Source: a virus
Lineage: Duplodnaviria > Caudoviricetes
Virus record (IMG/VR): IMGVR_UViG_3300044841_000118
Coordinates: 1-60,317 of that record
Reading direction: 5' to 3' (one strand)
Length of the DNA: 60,317 bases
Shown here: positions 1 through 9,140 of the stretch, in pieces
Numbering within the stretch: position 1 is the first letter of the stretch
How the letters are laid out: each line of letters opens with the position of its first letter
The notes under the pieces: generated by a model
What the model was told of the DNA's origin: nothing
Databases searched by the model: none
Seen by the model: only the letters and a program-made list of their open reading frames with translations
Translations under genes and position numbers: made by a program

Positions 1-627
1 CAGGTGGAGTTGAGTACGCCTGAAATCGCCAACATGACGGCGGCGCACATCCTGCGAAAAGATCGTAATCACCTCAGCCACGAGGACAACAAGCAGGCCG
101 CGCGGTTGTTCAGAGACGCAGCCTACTACGTGGGCAACGATCCGATGATCACGGAAGCGCAGCAAGCTCTCGACCTCATCGAGAAAGCAATTGCGCGGTT
201 GGGAGCGACCATCGTTATCCTCGACAACCTGCACGCGCTCTGCCGAGGGGACAACGAGTTGCGCGACCAAGCATCCGCCAGCCGCCGTATCAAGACTATC
301 GCACAGAGAACAGGCACGAAGTGGGTGGTCGTCTGCCAGCCCCGGAAGGCCGACTCCAAGAACAAGGGCAAGACCCTCCACATCTCCGATATCAAAGGGG
401 CGGGAGCGATCATCGAGGACGCGGACGCACTCTTCACGATCCACCGTAACTATGTCCAGAATCCAGATCCCAATAACCCGCCCATGGACACCTACGAGCC
501 CGAGACAGAAATCCACTGTCTGAAGGCACGTACCAAGGCTGACGGCCCCACGTTCTCGAAGCTGTTCTTCCACGGGGCGCTCGCCACATACGCCGACATC
601 ACTCACATGGAACCTCCTCCGCAATGA
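1..627 (+). CDS. DnaB/T7 gp4-like replicative helicase, C-terminal part (5' end outside window)
   Basis: SF4 motifs IVILDNLH (Walker B), VVCQPRK, DIKGAGAIIEDAD, CLKAR. Confidence 0.85.
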   Translation, partial: QVELSTPEIANMTAAHILRKDRNHLSHEDNKQAARLFRDAAYYVGNDPMITEAQQALDLIEKAIARLGATIVILDNLHALCRGDNELRDQASASRRIKTIAQRTGTKWVVVCQPRKADSKNKGKTLHISDIKGAGAIIEDADALFTIHRNYVQNPDPNNPPMDTYEPETEIHCLKARTKADGPTFSKLFFHGALATYADITHMEPPPQ

Positions 628-824
628 ACCTACACAAGAGACTGCGCACGAAGTCCCTCTTCGACAGATACGCAAGGACGCCTCGCGGTGCCTCTGAAGA
701 AATGATGTACCGGTTCTCGATCACGTTCGAGTTACTTACGGGTGCTTCATATAAGGAAGCCAGACGTAAAGTTCTATGCAAAATACGGCGTAAATTATTT
801 GGATTTTCCGCATCAAAGCAGTAG
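624..824 (+). CDS. hypothetical protein (66 aa, basic)
   Basis: ATGA overlap with helicase stop; lower GC. Confidence 0.4.
   Translation: MNLHKRLRTKSLFDRYARTPRGASEEMMYRFSITFELLTGASYKEARRKVLCKIRRKLFGFSASKQ
790..817 (+). promoter_or_regulatory. ECF-sigma-like promoter (GTAAAT-N14-GCATC)
   Basis: same two boxes at the same 20-nt offset recur at 5764, 11577 (+) and 50732 (-). Confidence 0.5.
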
Positions 825-862
825 ACCCTTCCAAATCTGAAGAACCCGCAGGGAGCACACCC

Positions 863-1060
863 ATGCCCGTACAGGCGAAGAACTTCTTCTTGTTCCGGAC
901 TTTCAACGAGGACGGATCCGTCAAGAACCCTGGGATCAAGTTCCGCCAGTCCTTCGACGCGCCAACCGATGTGGTGCTGATCAATCCAGCTGTTCTCCAG
1001 CAACTCCTGGCGACGACAGCTGTGAACGGACTCATCGACGTATACATCGCTTCCGAGTAA
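863..1060 (+). CDS. hypothetical protein (65 aa)
   Basis: GGGAG RBS; phage-typical codon use. Confidence 0.7.
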   Translation: MPVQAKNFFLFRTFNEDGSVKNPGIKFRQSFDAPTDVVLINPAVLQQLLATTAVNGLIDVYIASE

Positions 1061-1070
1061 CACCCCTTCC

Positions 1071-1205
1071 ATGACACCAGAAACACAACAGCCGCCCCAG
1101 CGCGTGTGGACGAAGCCTGCGCTCACGATCCTCGCCCTTACCCGCGCCGAGCATGGCGCACACGGCGTCGGTGTGGACCACAGCCGTGCCCACCGCAGCG
1201 CCTGA
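1071..1205 (+). CDS. lasso-peptide-precursor-like peptide (44 aa), copy 1
   Basis: MTPETQQPPQRVWTKPALTILALTRAEHGAHGVGVDHSRAHRSA; fills the gap between neighbours; paralogue at 54419-54556. Confidence 0.75.
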   Translation: MTPETQQPPQRVWTKPALTILALTRAEHGAHGVGVDHSRAHRSA

Positions 1206-1215
1206 AAGGAACCGC

Positions 1216-2289
1216 TTGAACATCCCTGCCGCCACTCTCAAGTCCCTGCTGAAGAAACTCTCGTCCGTGCGCTCCGAACTGGTGCTGCTCGATACCGCCG
1301 CTGGCACGCTCTTCGCTGCGGACAATGACATCCGCCTCTGGGTAGAGTCGCCTGCACTGAAGGACGAGTCGGGCGCGGTACTCACGGTGAATGGCCGCCG
1401 GCTCTCCTCCGCCGTCAGCCGGCTCTCGGGCGTCCTCAGCGTGACCCACGGCAAGAAAGGTCTGACCGTCGCCTCCGCTAAGACGCGCTTCGACCTCGAA
1501 GTCACTCCCGGTAAGCTGGATCCCCGTACGGCTGAGAAGGGCGCGACCTACACGCTACCGCTGGCCGAAACCAAAGCGCTGCTCAAGGCTGGCGCCATCA
1601 TCACCCAGAAGGGTCACGCCTCCTACTCCGACATCGTCGAATTACGCGGCGACACGGTGCTGCGGGTTCGCGCGACCAACGAGCGGCGCCTCGCGGTGAT
1701 CTGGGGCGGCCCCTACGAAGGCGAGGCATTCCAGCACCTGATTCCCGTTTCGGTGATCGGCGCGCTGCAGGAGATCCCCGGCGAGTCAGCCGTGCTCACC
1801 GTCAGCGACGCCTTGGTCACGTTCTCGACTACCGACGACCAGGAGACCCGCGTCATCGTCTCCGCCCGCCGGTCGGCCAAGCAGTTCCCGGACTTCGACG
1901 GCATTCTCCCCAAGACCTTTGCCCATGAGGTCAAGGTGGATGCGGCCGCGATGCGCGAGGCACTGGCCCGTGTCGCCCCCTTCATCCCCGCCACCGACCT
2001 CAAGACCGTGCTGGTGACCTTCCCCGGCTCCGAGGTTCAGGTCTCAGCCAGCAACGGCGGTGTGGCAGTAGACGCCGTCCCGCAGATTGACCCGGCCAGC
2101 ACCGAGGACGACCCGTTCGCCGAGACCCCGGCCGCGCCGTACAGACTTCACATGAACCACACCTACCTGAGCGACTTCTTCCAGGCCGCGGAGGGCACGG
2201 TCACCATCGGGCTCAACACCCACCCCAAGCCTGTCTGGATGGACGCCGGGAAGACCAGCGCGCTGTTCACCCTCCAGGTTCCCGCCTAA
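1216..2289 (+). CDS. dnaN: DNA polymerase III beta sliding clamp-like protein
   Basis: three-domain size; motifs VRATNERRLA, QFPDFDGILP, MNHTYLSDF; TTG start after AAGGA RBS. Confidence 0.8.
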   Translation: MNIPAATLKSLLKKLSSVRSELVLLDTAAGTLFAADNDIRLWVESPALKDESGAVLTVNGRRLSSAVSRLSGVLSVTHGKKGLTVASAKTRFDLEVTPGKLDPRTAEKGATYTLPLAETKALLKAGAIITQKGHASYSDIVELRGDTVLRVRATNERRLAVIWGGPYEGEAFQHLIPVSVIGALQEIPGESAVLTVSDALVTFSTTDDQETRVIVSARRSAKQFPDFDGILPKTFAHEVKVDAAAMREALARVAPFIPATDLKTVLVTFPGSEVQVSASNGGVAVDAVPQIDPASTEDDPFAETPAAPYRLHMNHTYLSDFFQAAEGTVTIGLNTHPKPVWMDAGKTSALFTLQVPA

Positions 2290-2337
2290 CACACCGGCGA
2301 CTTTTGCCGCGATATCGCTTTTCAGAAGGTAATCCCC

Positions 2338-3225
2338 ATGAAGTGGAAGTCTCTCCTCCTCGCAGTGGCACTTGCAGTCAGCGCGTCCGCACAGACGGTC
2401 ACCGCGCCAGTTGTCGTCGGAAACACGATTCAGTTCTCCATGACGGACCCCTTGGGCACGTACGCCTACACGATCCCGGTCGTCCTCAGCGTAACCGTCG
2501 GCACCGCCTCCGTGGCCTTTACTCCTGTGCCACCGCCGCCGCCTCCTCCACCTCCGCCCGGTATCACCATTCCCGGAAACGCAATCCAGATCGGCATCGA
2601 GAATCGGACCAACTGGATCGCGGTACACGACGCAGGCACGCCCGGTGCTGTCCAGACCATCGTCAACACCTACAACGCGACGACGGGTGTACGCACGCAC
2701 TCCATGACCTACACCGGCAATGGCGGAACCCGCTGGTCGGTAAGCCTGGGCAGTGCAGCGTACGACACCGTGGCCACCCATTTCGTCTACGACGTGTTCG
2801 TCACATCGCCGAACTGGCTGCAGGTGAAGAACCTGGAACTGGACGCGAATCAGGTGCTGGCGAACGGCGACACGGTCATCTACGGTATGCAGTGCTCCAT
2901 GTGGTCGAACACCTGGGAGTACACCTCCACGGTCGGCGGCACGCACTGGATTCCGAGCAACGTACCGTGTAACTCCACCAAGTTCGCGCCCAACTCGCGC
3001 CACCACTTCCGCCTTGCCTATCACCGCAACAGTGCAGGCATCGTGACCTACGAGGGAGTGGAAGTGGACAGCGTGTACTCGGCGCTGACCGGAGCCGTCG
3101 TCAACGCAGCCAAAGCGCTCGGATGGCCGAAGGGTGACCTACTCTTCAACGTCCAGACCGAAGGTGCTACCGCAGCAGGTACGACCACCATCCTCACGGA
3201 TGGGCTGACGATCTACCGCTGGTAA
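2338..3225 (+). CDS. secreted protein: signal peptide, poly-Pro linker, lectin/ConA-like beta-sandwich
   Basis: MKWKSLLLAVALAVSASA|Q; 10 consecutive Pro; domain paralogous to C-terminus of 29945-31258. Confidence 0.75.
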   Translation: MKWKSLLLAVALAVSASAQTVTAPVVVGNTIQFSMTDPLGTYAYTIPVVLSVTVGTASVAFTPVPPPPPPPPPPGITIPGNAIQIGIENRTNWIAVHDAGTPGAVQTIVNTYNATTGVRTHSMTYTGNGGTRWSVSLGSAAYDTVATHFVYDVFVTSPNWLQVKNLELDANQVLANGDTVIYGMQCSMWSNTWEYTSTVGGTHWIPSNVPCNSTKFAPNSRHHFRLAYHRNSAGIVTYEGVEVDSVYSALTGAVVNAAKALGWPKGDLLFNVQTEGATAAGTTTILTDGLTIYRW

Positions 3226-3250
3226 CCGAGAGGCCCACAGGAGAAACGGC

Positions 3251-3583
3251 ATGAATTACGTAGAAGCACACCAAAATCCGGCACCCTGGACGCATAGCCA
3301 AGAGGGCCTCGGCGATTACATCCACAACGCCAAAGGCGAGTGCGTCATGAGCGAGGAGAAGTACAGCACGGACATCAACCTGACCGACGAGGAATGGAAG
3401 ATCGTCGCGGCTGCTCCTACTCTCGTCAAGGTGGTTCGGGACTTTCTCTCCGTGATGGCGCGGTTCGGCAACTGGGATGAGGGATGCTTCTACTACAACA
3501 GCGTGACCGCTAGTGAATTGCAGAAGCCGATTGCTGATGCTGAAGCGGCTTTGACGGCAGCCGGGGCAAGCCTTGCTAGTTGA
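3251..3583 (+). CDS. hypothetical phage protein
   Basis: AGGAG RBS; PAPW...IVAAAPTL motif common in phage proteins. Confidence 0.7.
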   Translation: MNYVEAHQNPAPWTHSQEGLGDYIHNAKGECVMSEEKYSTDINLTDEEWKIVAAAPTLVKVVRDFLSVMARFGNWDEGCFYYNSVTASELQKPIADAEAALTAAGASLAS

Positions 3584-4250
3584 GGTTCTTCCCCCGGAGT
3601 CGCTTGCGATCATCGACCCGGCGGAGGTAGCGCGGCAGACGGTCGTCCAGTTACTGGACGACATCCGCGATCACGAGTACGAGCTGGCCGCCAACTACGC
3701 GCGGCTCGGCGCGGTGCTCTTCGACATCCGCCGCAACCAGTACTGGGACAAATGGGGCTACCTCAGTTTCGGCTCCTACATCCGGGAACTGGCGGACCGG
3801 GTACAGAAAGAGCGGTCACAACTCTACGCGTACATCGGCGTGGCGGAAAAACTTCTGCCGGAGGTAGACGAGCACACGCTGGTCGCGATCGGTATCACCA
3901 AGGCCGGCGAGCTCAAGCGCTTCGTCTCCCAGTCCGGCCGCCGCATTCCTGAGAAGCTGCTGCAGGTAGCGCTCGACGACAAGCGAACCGCCAAGGAACT
4001 GCGCGCCGCGGTGCTCGAAGAGTTGCACCAAGCACCAGACCCGGCGGGCAAGTATTACGAGATCGGCGGGTTCTTTTGCACACCTGATGAGAAGGCAGAG
4101 ATCGATCTGTCGATCCGGATAGCGAAGGGTTTGGATCCAGCTATTCCAAACAACATTCCAGAACATATGCAAATGAAAGAGGTCATGTTGAGGTGGGCGC
4201 GCGAGTTTATCGCCACTTGGCAGGAGGCATTTGAACGTGGAGGAGCTTGA
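3573..4250 (+). CDS. DUF3102-like DNA-binding protein
   Basis: RLGAVLFDIR...WGYLSFGSYI...RSQLYAYIGVAE pattern. Confidence 0.55.
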   Translation: MLVEVLPPESLAIIDPAEVARQTVVQLLDDIRDHEYELAANYARLGAVLFDIRRNQYWDKWGYLSFGSYIRELADRVQKERSQLYAYIGVAEKLLPEVDEHTLVAIGITKAGELKRFVSQSGRRIPEKLLQVALDDKRTAKELRAAVLEELHQAPDPAGKYYEIGGFFCTPDEKAEIDLSIRIAKGLDPAIPNNIPEHMQMKEVMLRWAREFIATWQEAFERGGA

Positions 4251-4803
4251 GCTTACCTGCTATAGGTGCCGCGTCACGAAAGTAGAATCTTTGTTCCACC
4301 GGTGCAAAAAGAACAAGACAGGCCGGCACACGATATGTATCGAATGCTCCAAAATGGAGAAGGCGGCCTACTATCGTTCGGAAAAGGCTGTGCGGTTGAG
4401 AAAAGAACGACAGCCCGAGATTGTAGCTTGGCGGGCACAGTACAACAACAACCCGATAAACAAGGAGAAAAGACGCGACGCACATTACAAACATAAATAT
4501 GGAGTCACTCTAGAAGAGTTCCGTTCCATATTAGAGCGTCAACACCATCGTTGTGTCGTGTGCGGAGAGAGTCCATCCAAGTCTACGCAAAAGAAATTCT
4601 GGAATCTAGATCACGATCACGACACAGACAAAGTTCGGGGTGTGCTGTGCACACCCTGTAATCTCACGCTCGGAGTGGCCAAAGAAAGCATACCTCGCCT
4701 CCAGCGCTGCCTAGCCTACCTCCGATTCCACAAAGGAATGATCAAGGTTCCGGGTCCTTTCATGTACAGCAAGCCTCCCCAAGTTGCGCGTAAGAGTTGG
4801 TGA
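4231..4803 (+). CDS. endonuclease VII-family protein with N-terminal Zn finger
   Basis: YGVTLEEF...CVVC...LDHDH...VRGVLCTPCN; lower GC than flanks. Confidence 0.85.
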   Translation: MNVEELELTCYRCRVTKVESLFHRCKKNKTGRHTICIECSKMEKAAYYRSEKAVRLRKERQPEIVAWRAQYNNNPINKEKRRDAHYKHKYGVTLEEFRSILERQHHRCVVCGESPSKSTQKKFWNLDHDHDTDKVRGVLCTPCNLTLGVAKESIPRLQRCLAYLRFHKGMIKVPGPFMYSKPPQVARKSW

Positions 4804-4809
4804 AAACGC

Positions 4810-5103
4810 ATGGCACGGATACACGTCCCGCATAGCCCGCTCGGGAAGTTCTGCTTCTTCTTCGCAACACAGTGCCTGTCCTACTTTCTGTTCGTGGCCA
4901 ACGCCCGGGCGTACACCCAAGGGCTCTATCTCTGGACCGGAGCGACGGACGGGCTTTTCGCCATGCAGAGCTTCATCATGCTCCAGCTGATAGCGAAGGA
5001 CGCACAGGCCAGCGGCTTCTGGGCCGGGGCCGGTTACACACTGGGCGGTGTGTTCGGCTCGCTGCTCTCTATTTTCGTCACACAACACCTCTACGGACAC
5101 TAA
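4810..5103 (+). CDS. small membrane protein (~3 TM)
   Basis: hydrophobic helices; GYTLGGVFGS. Confidence 0.65.
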   Translation: MARIHVPHSPLGKFCFFFATQCLSYFLFVANARAYTQGLYLWTGATDGLFAMQSFIMLQLIAKDAQASGFWAGAGYTLGGVFGSLLSIFVTQHLYGH

Positions 5104-5114
5104 GGAGACTCACC

Positions 5115-5378
5115 ATGTCAATGAATCCTCAATACAGCTATGAAGGCAACAGCATCAACGCAGGCGTCGGCCAGAGTAACGGCGACCTGAACAGAACAGC
5201 GATTGGTGGGCTTTCGGGCTATGCCTTCACCGTCAACCAGGGCGGCGAATACGGGAAGCACGAGATCATAGACGCTGACCGGTTCGAACTGGAAGGTGAG
5301 TTCGTGATCTTCTACAAGAAGAACAATCAGGTCGCGCTCCGCCGCCTCCACGAAATCGGCAGCATCTCCGCCCGGTGA
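5115..5378 (+). CDS. hypothetical protein
   Basis: TAAGGAG RBS before ATG 5115. Confidence 0.7.
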   Translation: MSMNPQYSYEGNSINAGVGQSNGDLNRTAIGGLSGYAFTVNQGGEYGKHEIIDADRFELEGEFVIFYKKNNQVALRRLHEIGSISAR

Positions 5379-5767
5379 GCAAGACCGTCCACTGTGAGAT
5401 CGACGCCGCTGGCGATGTGATTCGCATCTTCAAGTTCGCCAAAGATGCGAGAGCACTGCCAGCGGAGGCGGTCCGCGAGTACCCCAAGGCATACGCCGTT
5501 GAGCAGATCCGCCGCTTCGTCTTCGAGCGATCTAAAGACATGGACGGCGTCTCCTGCTGCGAGTTCTGTGGTGCCTCCCTCACATGGGAAAGCGGGCATA
5601 TGCACGAGCGGCACGCCAAGGGCAAACAGATCGACGGCGTCTTCGGCGAGGTCTCGCGGGCCAACAGCTGCTTTATCTGCTCGGGCTGCCATACCGAACG
5701 TCCGGATTCTGCACACGGGGACCGCCGCTGGCAGAGCGCGAAAGTAAATCATGCACAGTTCGCGTAA
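5375..5767 (+). CDS. HNH-like Zn-binding nuclease
   Basis: CEFCG...GHMHE...NSCFICSGCH. Confidence 0.65.
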   Translation: MSKTVHCEIDAAGDVIRIFKFAKDARALPAEAVREYPKAYAVEQIRRFVFERSKDMDGVSCCEFCGASLTWESGHMHERHAKGKQIDGVFGEVSRANSCFICSGCHTERPDSAHGDRRWQSAKVNHAQFA

Positions 5768-5828
5768 GTTTCGCCCGTAAATTGCATCATATTTATCACA
5801 ACCCTTCACGCACCACCCTGAAAACCCC

Positions 5829-6236
5829 ATGCCAGTTTCTGTCTCAGTCAGTTACGAGCTCGACTCCGCGCGCGTCCACTTCCCGGATAACGGGCCGGTC
5901 ACAGTCCCTGCGGACTCCATCACCGCGTCAATCACACACGTCAGCTTCCAGTGTGACAATCCACTCTGCAAGAAGAACTTCGGCGGCGTTCCCCGGTCAT
6001 TCTCCTGGCAGGAAGAGAAGGTACAGGCGGACGCAGACGCGCTCCCCGACGATGCCTTCCGCATCCTCAACGTCCAGTTGTTCGACGGCCGCAAGTTCGC
6101 ATTCTGCTGCCGCCAGTGCGTCGGCACCGCGCTCGACATGCTCGGACCGCTCAAGAGCCCACGGGAGCAGATGAGCAACGTCATTGCCATGCCGACCAAG
6201 GATGACAACGACGCGGTCACGGTGGCGCACGTATGA
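5829..6236 (+). CDS. Cys-rich (TRASH-like) hypothetical protein
   Basis: CDNPLC...FCCRQC; ECF-like promoter upstream at 5764-5788. Confidence 0.65.
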   Translation: MPVSVSVSYELDSARVHFPDNGPVTVPADSITASITHVSFQCDNPLCKKNFGGVPRSFSWQEEKVQADADALPDDAFRILNVQLFDGRKFAFCCRQCVGTALDMLGPLKSPREQMSNVIAMPTKDDNDAVTVAHV

Positions 6237-6583
6237 CCGGCGACGAGTACATCAAGGCGCAGATCGCCCGGGCGGCGTGGCTCCGGGCGAAGGAGAACGG
6301 CCCGCTTGCTATGTTGGCAGTCGCCATGGTCGTTCGCAATCTGGAGCGGACGGGTAAGTCGTGGCTTGCGGCATGCGATGAGGTGACCGTGGAATGTTTC
6401 GGCGGCAACCCAGATGTCCGAAACCCAGACTTCCAGAAGTTGCTGTACGGCGTGGAATCGATCTTCGACGGAACCGCGCCCGACAAACTGACCAACGGCG
6501 CAACCCTAATCGGTTATCTCGGGGAGGCGTACCCCGGATACCAGCAGTGCGCTGTCGTCAGCGGCTTGGTGCTGCTGAAGTGA
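6233..6583 (+). CDS. SleB/Hydrolase_2-like cell-wall hydrolase homologue, possibly inactive
   Basis: ARAAWLRAKENG.LAMLAVAMVVRN...DKLTNGAT; expected catalytic Glu not evident. Confidence 0.5.
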   Translation: MTGDEYIKAQIARAAWLRAKENGPLAMLAVAMVVRNLERTGKSWLAACDEVTVECFGGNPDVRNPDFQKLLYGVESIFDGTAPDKLTNGATLIGYLGEAYPGYQQCAVVSGLVLLK

Positions 6584-6711
6584 CGCTGCTCCTTTGCTGG
6601 CGCTGCGGGTACGACACGCGGCTCACCCAGACCACCTGTCCAGAATGTGGACACCCTCTCAAGCCTGTCGCAGGCAGCGATTCCCGGAGACCAAATGCCG
6701 AGAAAATCTAA
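6580..6711 (+). CDS. small Zn-ribbon protein (43 aa)
   Basis: CWRCGY...CPECG; GTGA overlap. Confidence 0.55.
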   Translation: MTLLLCWRCGYDTRLTQTTCPECGHPLKPVAGSDSRRPNAEKI

Positions 6712-7165
6712 GCCCCGCACCCCGGCGCAGCAAGAGCGCGACACCGACCTCCGGCTCCGGCGCACCTACGGCATCACGCTCGCCGAGTACAACGAGCGAC
6801 TGGCCCAGCAGGGCGGCGGGTGCGCCATCTGCGGGAAACCCGCCGCGACCAAGCGCCTGCACACCGACCACTGCCACAAGTTCTCGAAGCTGTTCAAGAT
6901 CGCCCGGTTCAAACTGAAGCACGGTGGGTACCACGCGTCGGCGGAACACAAGACCGACCCCACATCTCGGCTCTTCTACTTCTTCACGGTAAAAGACACG
7001 CGGCAGGAAGCAGTCGCCGAGGTGAAGAAGGAACTGAAGAAACGCAGTGTGAGGGGTATCCTCTGTGCCCACTGCAACCGGGGCTTGCGCTATTACTTCG
7101 ACCGGCCAGAGTTGTTCGTCCGAGCAGCCCAGTACCTCCGCGACTTCGCGGACCGCACCGCATGA
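6695..7165 (+). CDS. endonuclease VII-family protein with internal insertion
   Basis: YGITLAEY...CAICG...HTDHCH...VRGILCAHCN. Confidence 0.85.
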   Translation: MPRKSKPRTPAQQERDTDLRLRRTYGITLAEYNERLAQQGGGCAICGKPAATKRLHTDHCHKFSKLFKIARFKLKHGGYHASAEHKTDPTSRLFYFFTVKDTRQEAVAEVKKELKKRSVRGILCAHCNRGLRYYFDRPELFVRAAQYLRDFADRTA

Positions 7166-7204
7166 TCTACGTCACTCCCTAATCTGCCATTCCCGAGGAA
7201 CCCC

Positions 7205-7471
7205 ATGCCCTCCAAGACACCCCTGAAGCTCAACGGCAAGCCGCTCGAGCCTTCGAACAAGCAGCGCATCCAGCAGGTGATCGCTTCGATCCCGCACGGC
7301 CATCTGCTCTCGACGGCTGAGATTGCCAAACAGGCCGGCGTGCACACCAACGACATGGCCATGAATCACCCGGATTTCCAGGCGCACAAAAGGAAGCACG
7401 TAAATCGCTTGGTTTGGGGTGGCAAAAAAACCATCGACCAGTACGACCAGCAGATGAGCGAGGGTAAATAG
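7205..7471 (+). CDS. small basic HTH-like protein
   Basis: LSTAEIAKQAGV. Confidence 0.55.
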   Translation: MPSKTPLKLNGKPLEPSNKQRIQQVIASIPHGHLLSTAEIAKQAGVHTNDMAMNHPDFQAHKRKHVNRLVWGGKKTIDQYDQQMSEGK

Positions 7472-8652
7472 TGCCTACCACCATTGCAGAACTGAAGCAG
7501 CGCCAGGACGAGAAGGACGCCGCCGGAGCCAAGCTCGGCGAGCAGCACGAAGTCACCGGCAACACATGGGAAGTGTCCATCCCTCGGACGCGCATCTGCA
7601 CTCTGGAGCAGTTGGTCGAACACTGCAAGATCGATCTAAACACCTGGACCGTTAAGAGGTTCGTCGCCAATAAGTGGGAGGTTGGTGCCAAGAACCCGGA
7701 CTCCGGCAAGATCGAGGTCGAGCCGCTCTTCCAGATCAAGGCGTTTCTAGAGCGCCGGGTCGAGGTCGCTGACGCTGTCCAGGAACTGGACGAGTTGAAG
7801 CGGAAGGCTAAGCTCAGCGCAAAACCCTGGGTGTCGATAGATCGGAAGATTTCTCTGCCCTCCGGCAACATGCTTGAGGTCAATCTGCCCGATTTACACG
7901 CGGGCAAACTTGCATGGCAGCAGGAAACTGGCGGCCCGAACTATGACACCAAGATAGCGATCAAAGGGTACTGGGATGCCTTCAACACTCTGCTATCTCG
8001 CGTGAAGCATTTCGAGTTTGAGCAGGTGCTATTCGTGGTCGGCAACGACCTGTTGAACTCCGATGACACAGAAGGGCGCACCAACGCCGGCACACAAGTC
8101 TCCACGGATGTCCGCTACCAGAAGACCTTCGGTACTGTTCGGGACACGATGATTGAGTCGATAGAACGCCTTCGGCGCATCGCTCCGGTCAAGGTGGTAA
8201 TGGTTCCGGGAAATCACGACAAGCTGTCGGTCTGGCATCTTGGCGACTCCCTGGAGTGCTACTTCCACAAGTACGAAGACGTGGAAATCGACAACCGACC
8301 GCGTCAGCGCAAATACCATCAGTTCGGCCTCGTCGGTCTCATGTTCTACCACGGTAACAAGGGGAAGAAGGCAGACTACCCCCTAACCATGGCAACCGAG
8401 ATGCGGAAGATGTTCGGCGCCACCAAGTTCAACGAGTGCCATACCGGACACCTTCACAAATCATGGGCCGACGAATTTCACGGGGTCATCGTCCGTATCC
8501 TGAGCGCGCTCTGCCCCGCCGACGCTTGGCATTCGGAGAACAACTTTATCGGTAACCAGCGTACGGCCGAAGCCTTTGTCTGGAACAAGGACGAAGGGCT
8601 CATCACTATCGCGAGATACACGGCAACCGAAGAAGACGAGGAAGTCGCATGA
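7471..8652 (+). CDS. calcineurin-like metallophosphoesterase
   Basis: DLHAGK, GNDLLN, PGNHD, YHG, HTGHLH. Confidence 0.85.
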   Translation: MPTTIAELKQRQDEKDAAGAKLGEQHEVTGNTWEVSIPRTRICTLEQLVEHCKIDLNTWTVKRFVANKWEVGAKNPDSGKIEVEPLFQIKAFLERRVEVADAVQELDELKRKAKLSAKPWVSIDRKISLPSGNMLEVNLPDLHAGKLAWQQETGGPNYDTKIAIKGYWDAFNTLLSRVKHFEFEQVLFVVGNDLLNSDDTEGRTNAGTQVSTDVRYQKTFGTVRDTMIESIERLRRIAPVKVVMVPGNHDKLSVWHLGDSLECYFHKYEDVEIDNRPRQRKYHQFGLVGLMFYHGNKGKKADYPLTMATEMRKMFGATKFNECHTGHLHKSWADEFHGVIVRILSALCPADAWHSENNFIGNQRTAEAFVWNKDEGLITIARYTATEEDEEVA

Positions 8653-9140
8653 GCGATTACCAACTGCACGGACCAGAAGTCCCCATACTCCGGAAGAGAC
8701 CGGGACTGACGACATGGACACCGGTCCGCAAGCCCATCCAACTCCGCTTCCGCAACGGCTACTGGGAGTTCGAGGTGGATGGGAAGCAGCACAGCGGGTA
8801 CAGCTGCCTGACGTGCGCTCTCGGCACCGCCAGCAAGATTCAGATGGCTGTTCGCAAGCGGGAGATCGACCGCGCGCTGCTGGAGATGGAAGCGAAAATC
8901 TGGCGACACGAGTTCGACACCCCCACCGACCCTGTCCAGAAAACGGACGATAACCCATTCGCGTTTCAGGAAGTACTGAACCAAGCCAGCCCCAATGAGT
9001 TTCCTTGGCCCGGCACGATCATCCCCGTGGATGCTGACGACCCGCGACTGCCTCGTCGCAACTGGTTCCATCGCCAACTCGAGGACATCGGTCTGACAGT
9101 CCGCATGATGTGGGAGTTCGTAAAACGGGAGGTTTTGTGA
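8649..9140 (+). CDS. hypothetical protein
   Basis: coupled to both neighbours by ATGA/GTGA overlaps. Confidence 0.65.
   Translation: MSDYQLHGPEVPILRKRPGLTTWTPVRKPIQLRFRNGYWEFEVDGKQHSGYSCLTCALGTASKIQMAVRKREIDRALLEMEAKIWRHEFDTPTDPVQKTDDNPFAFQEVLNQASPNEFPWPGTIIPVDADDPRLPRRNWFHRQLEDIGLTVRMMWEFVKREVL

Noticed and set aside
1071-1205. PqqA precursor (WTKPA start)
   Set aside because: Lacks the ExxxY core in both copies; no pqq genes present
1153-1215. ORF-track start for the clamp
   Set aside because: Overlaps the peptide ORF; TTG 1216 has an AAGGA RBS and gives a clamp-like N-terminus
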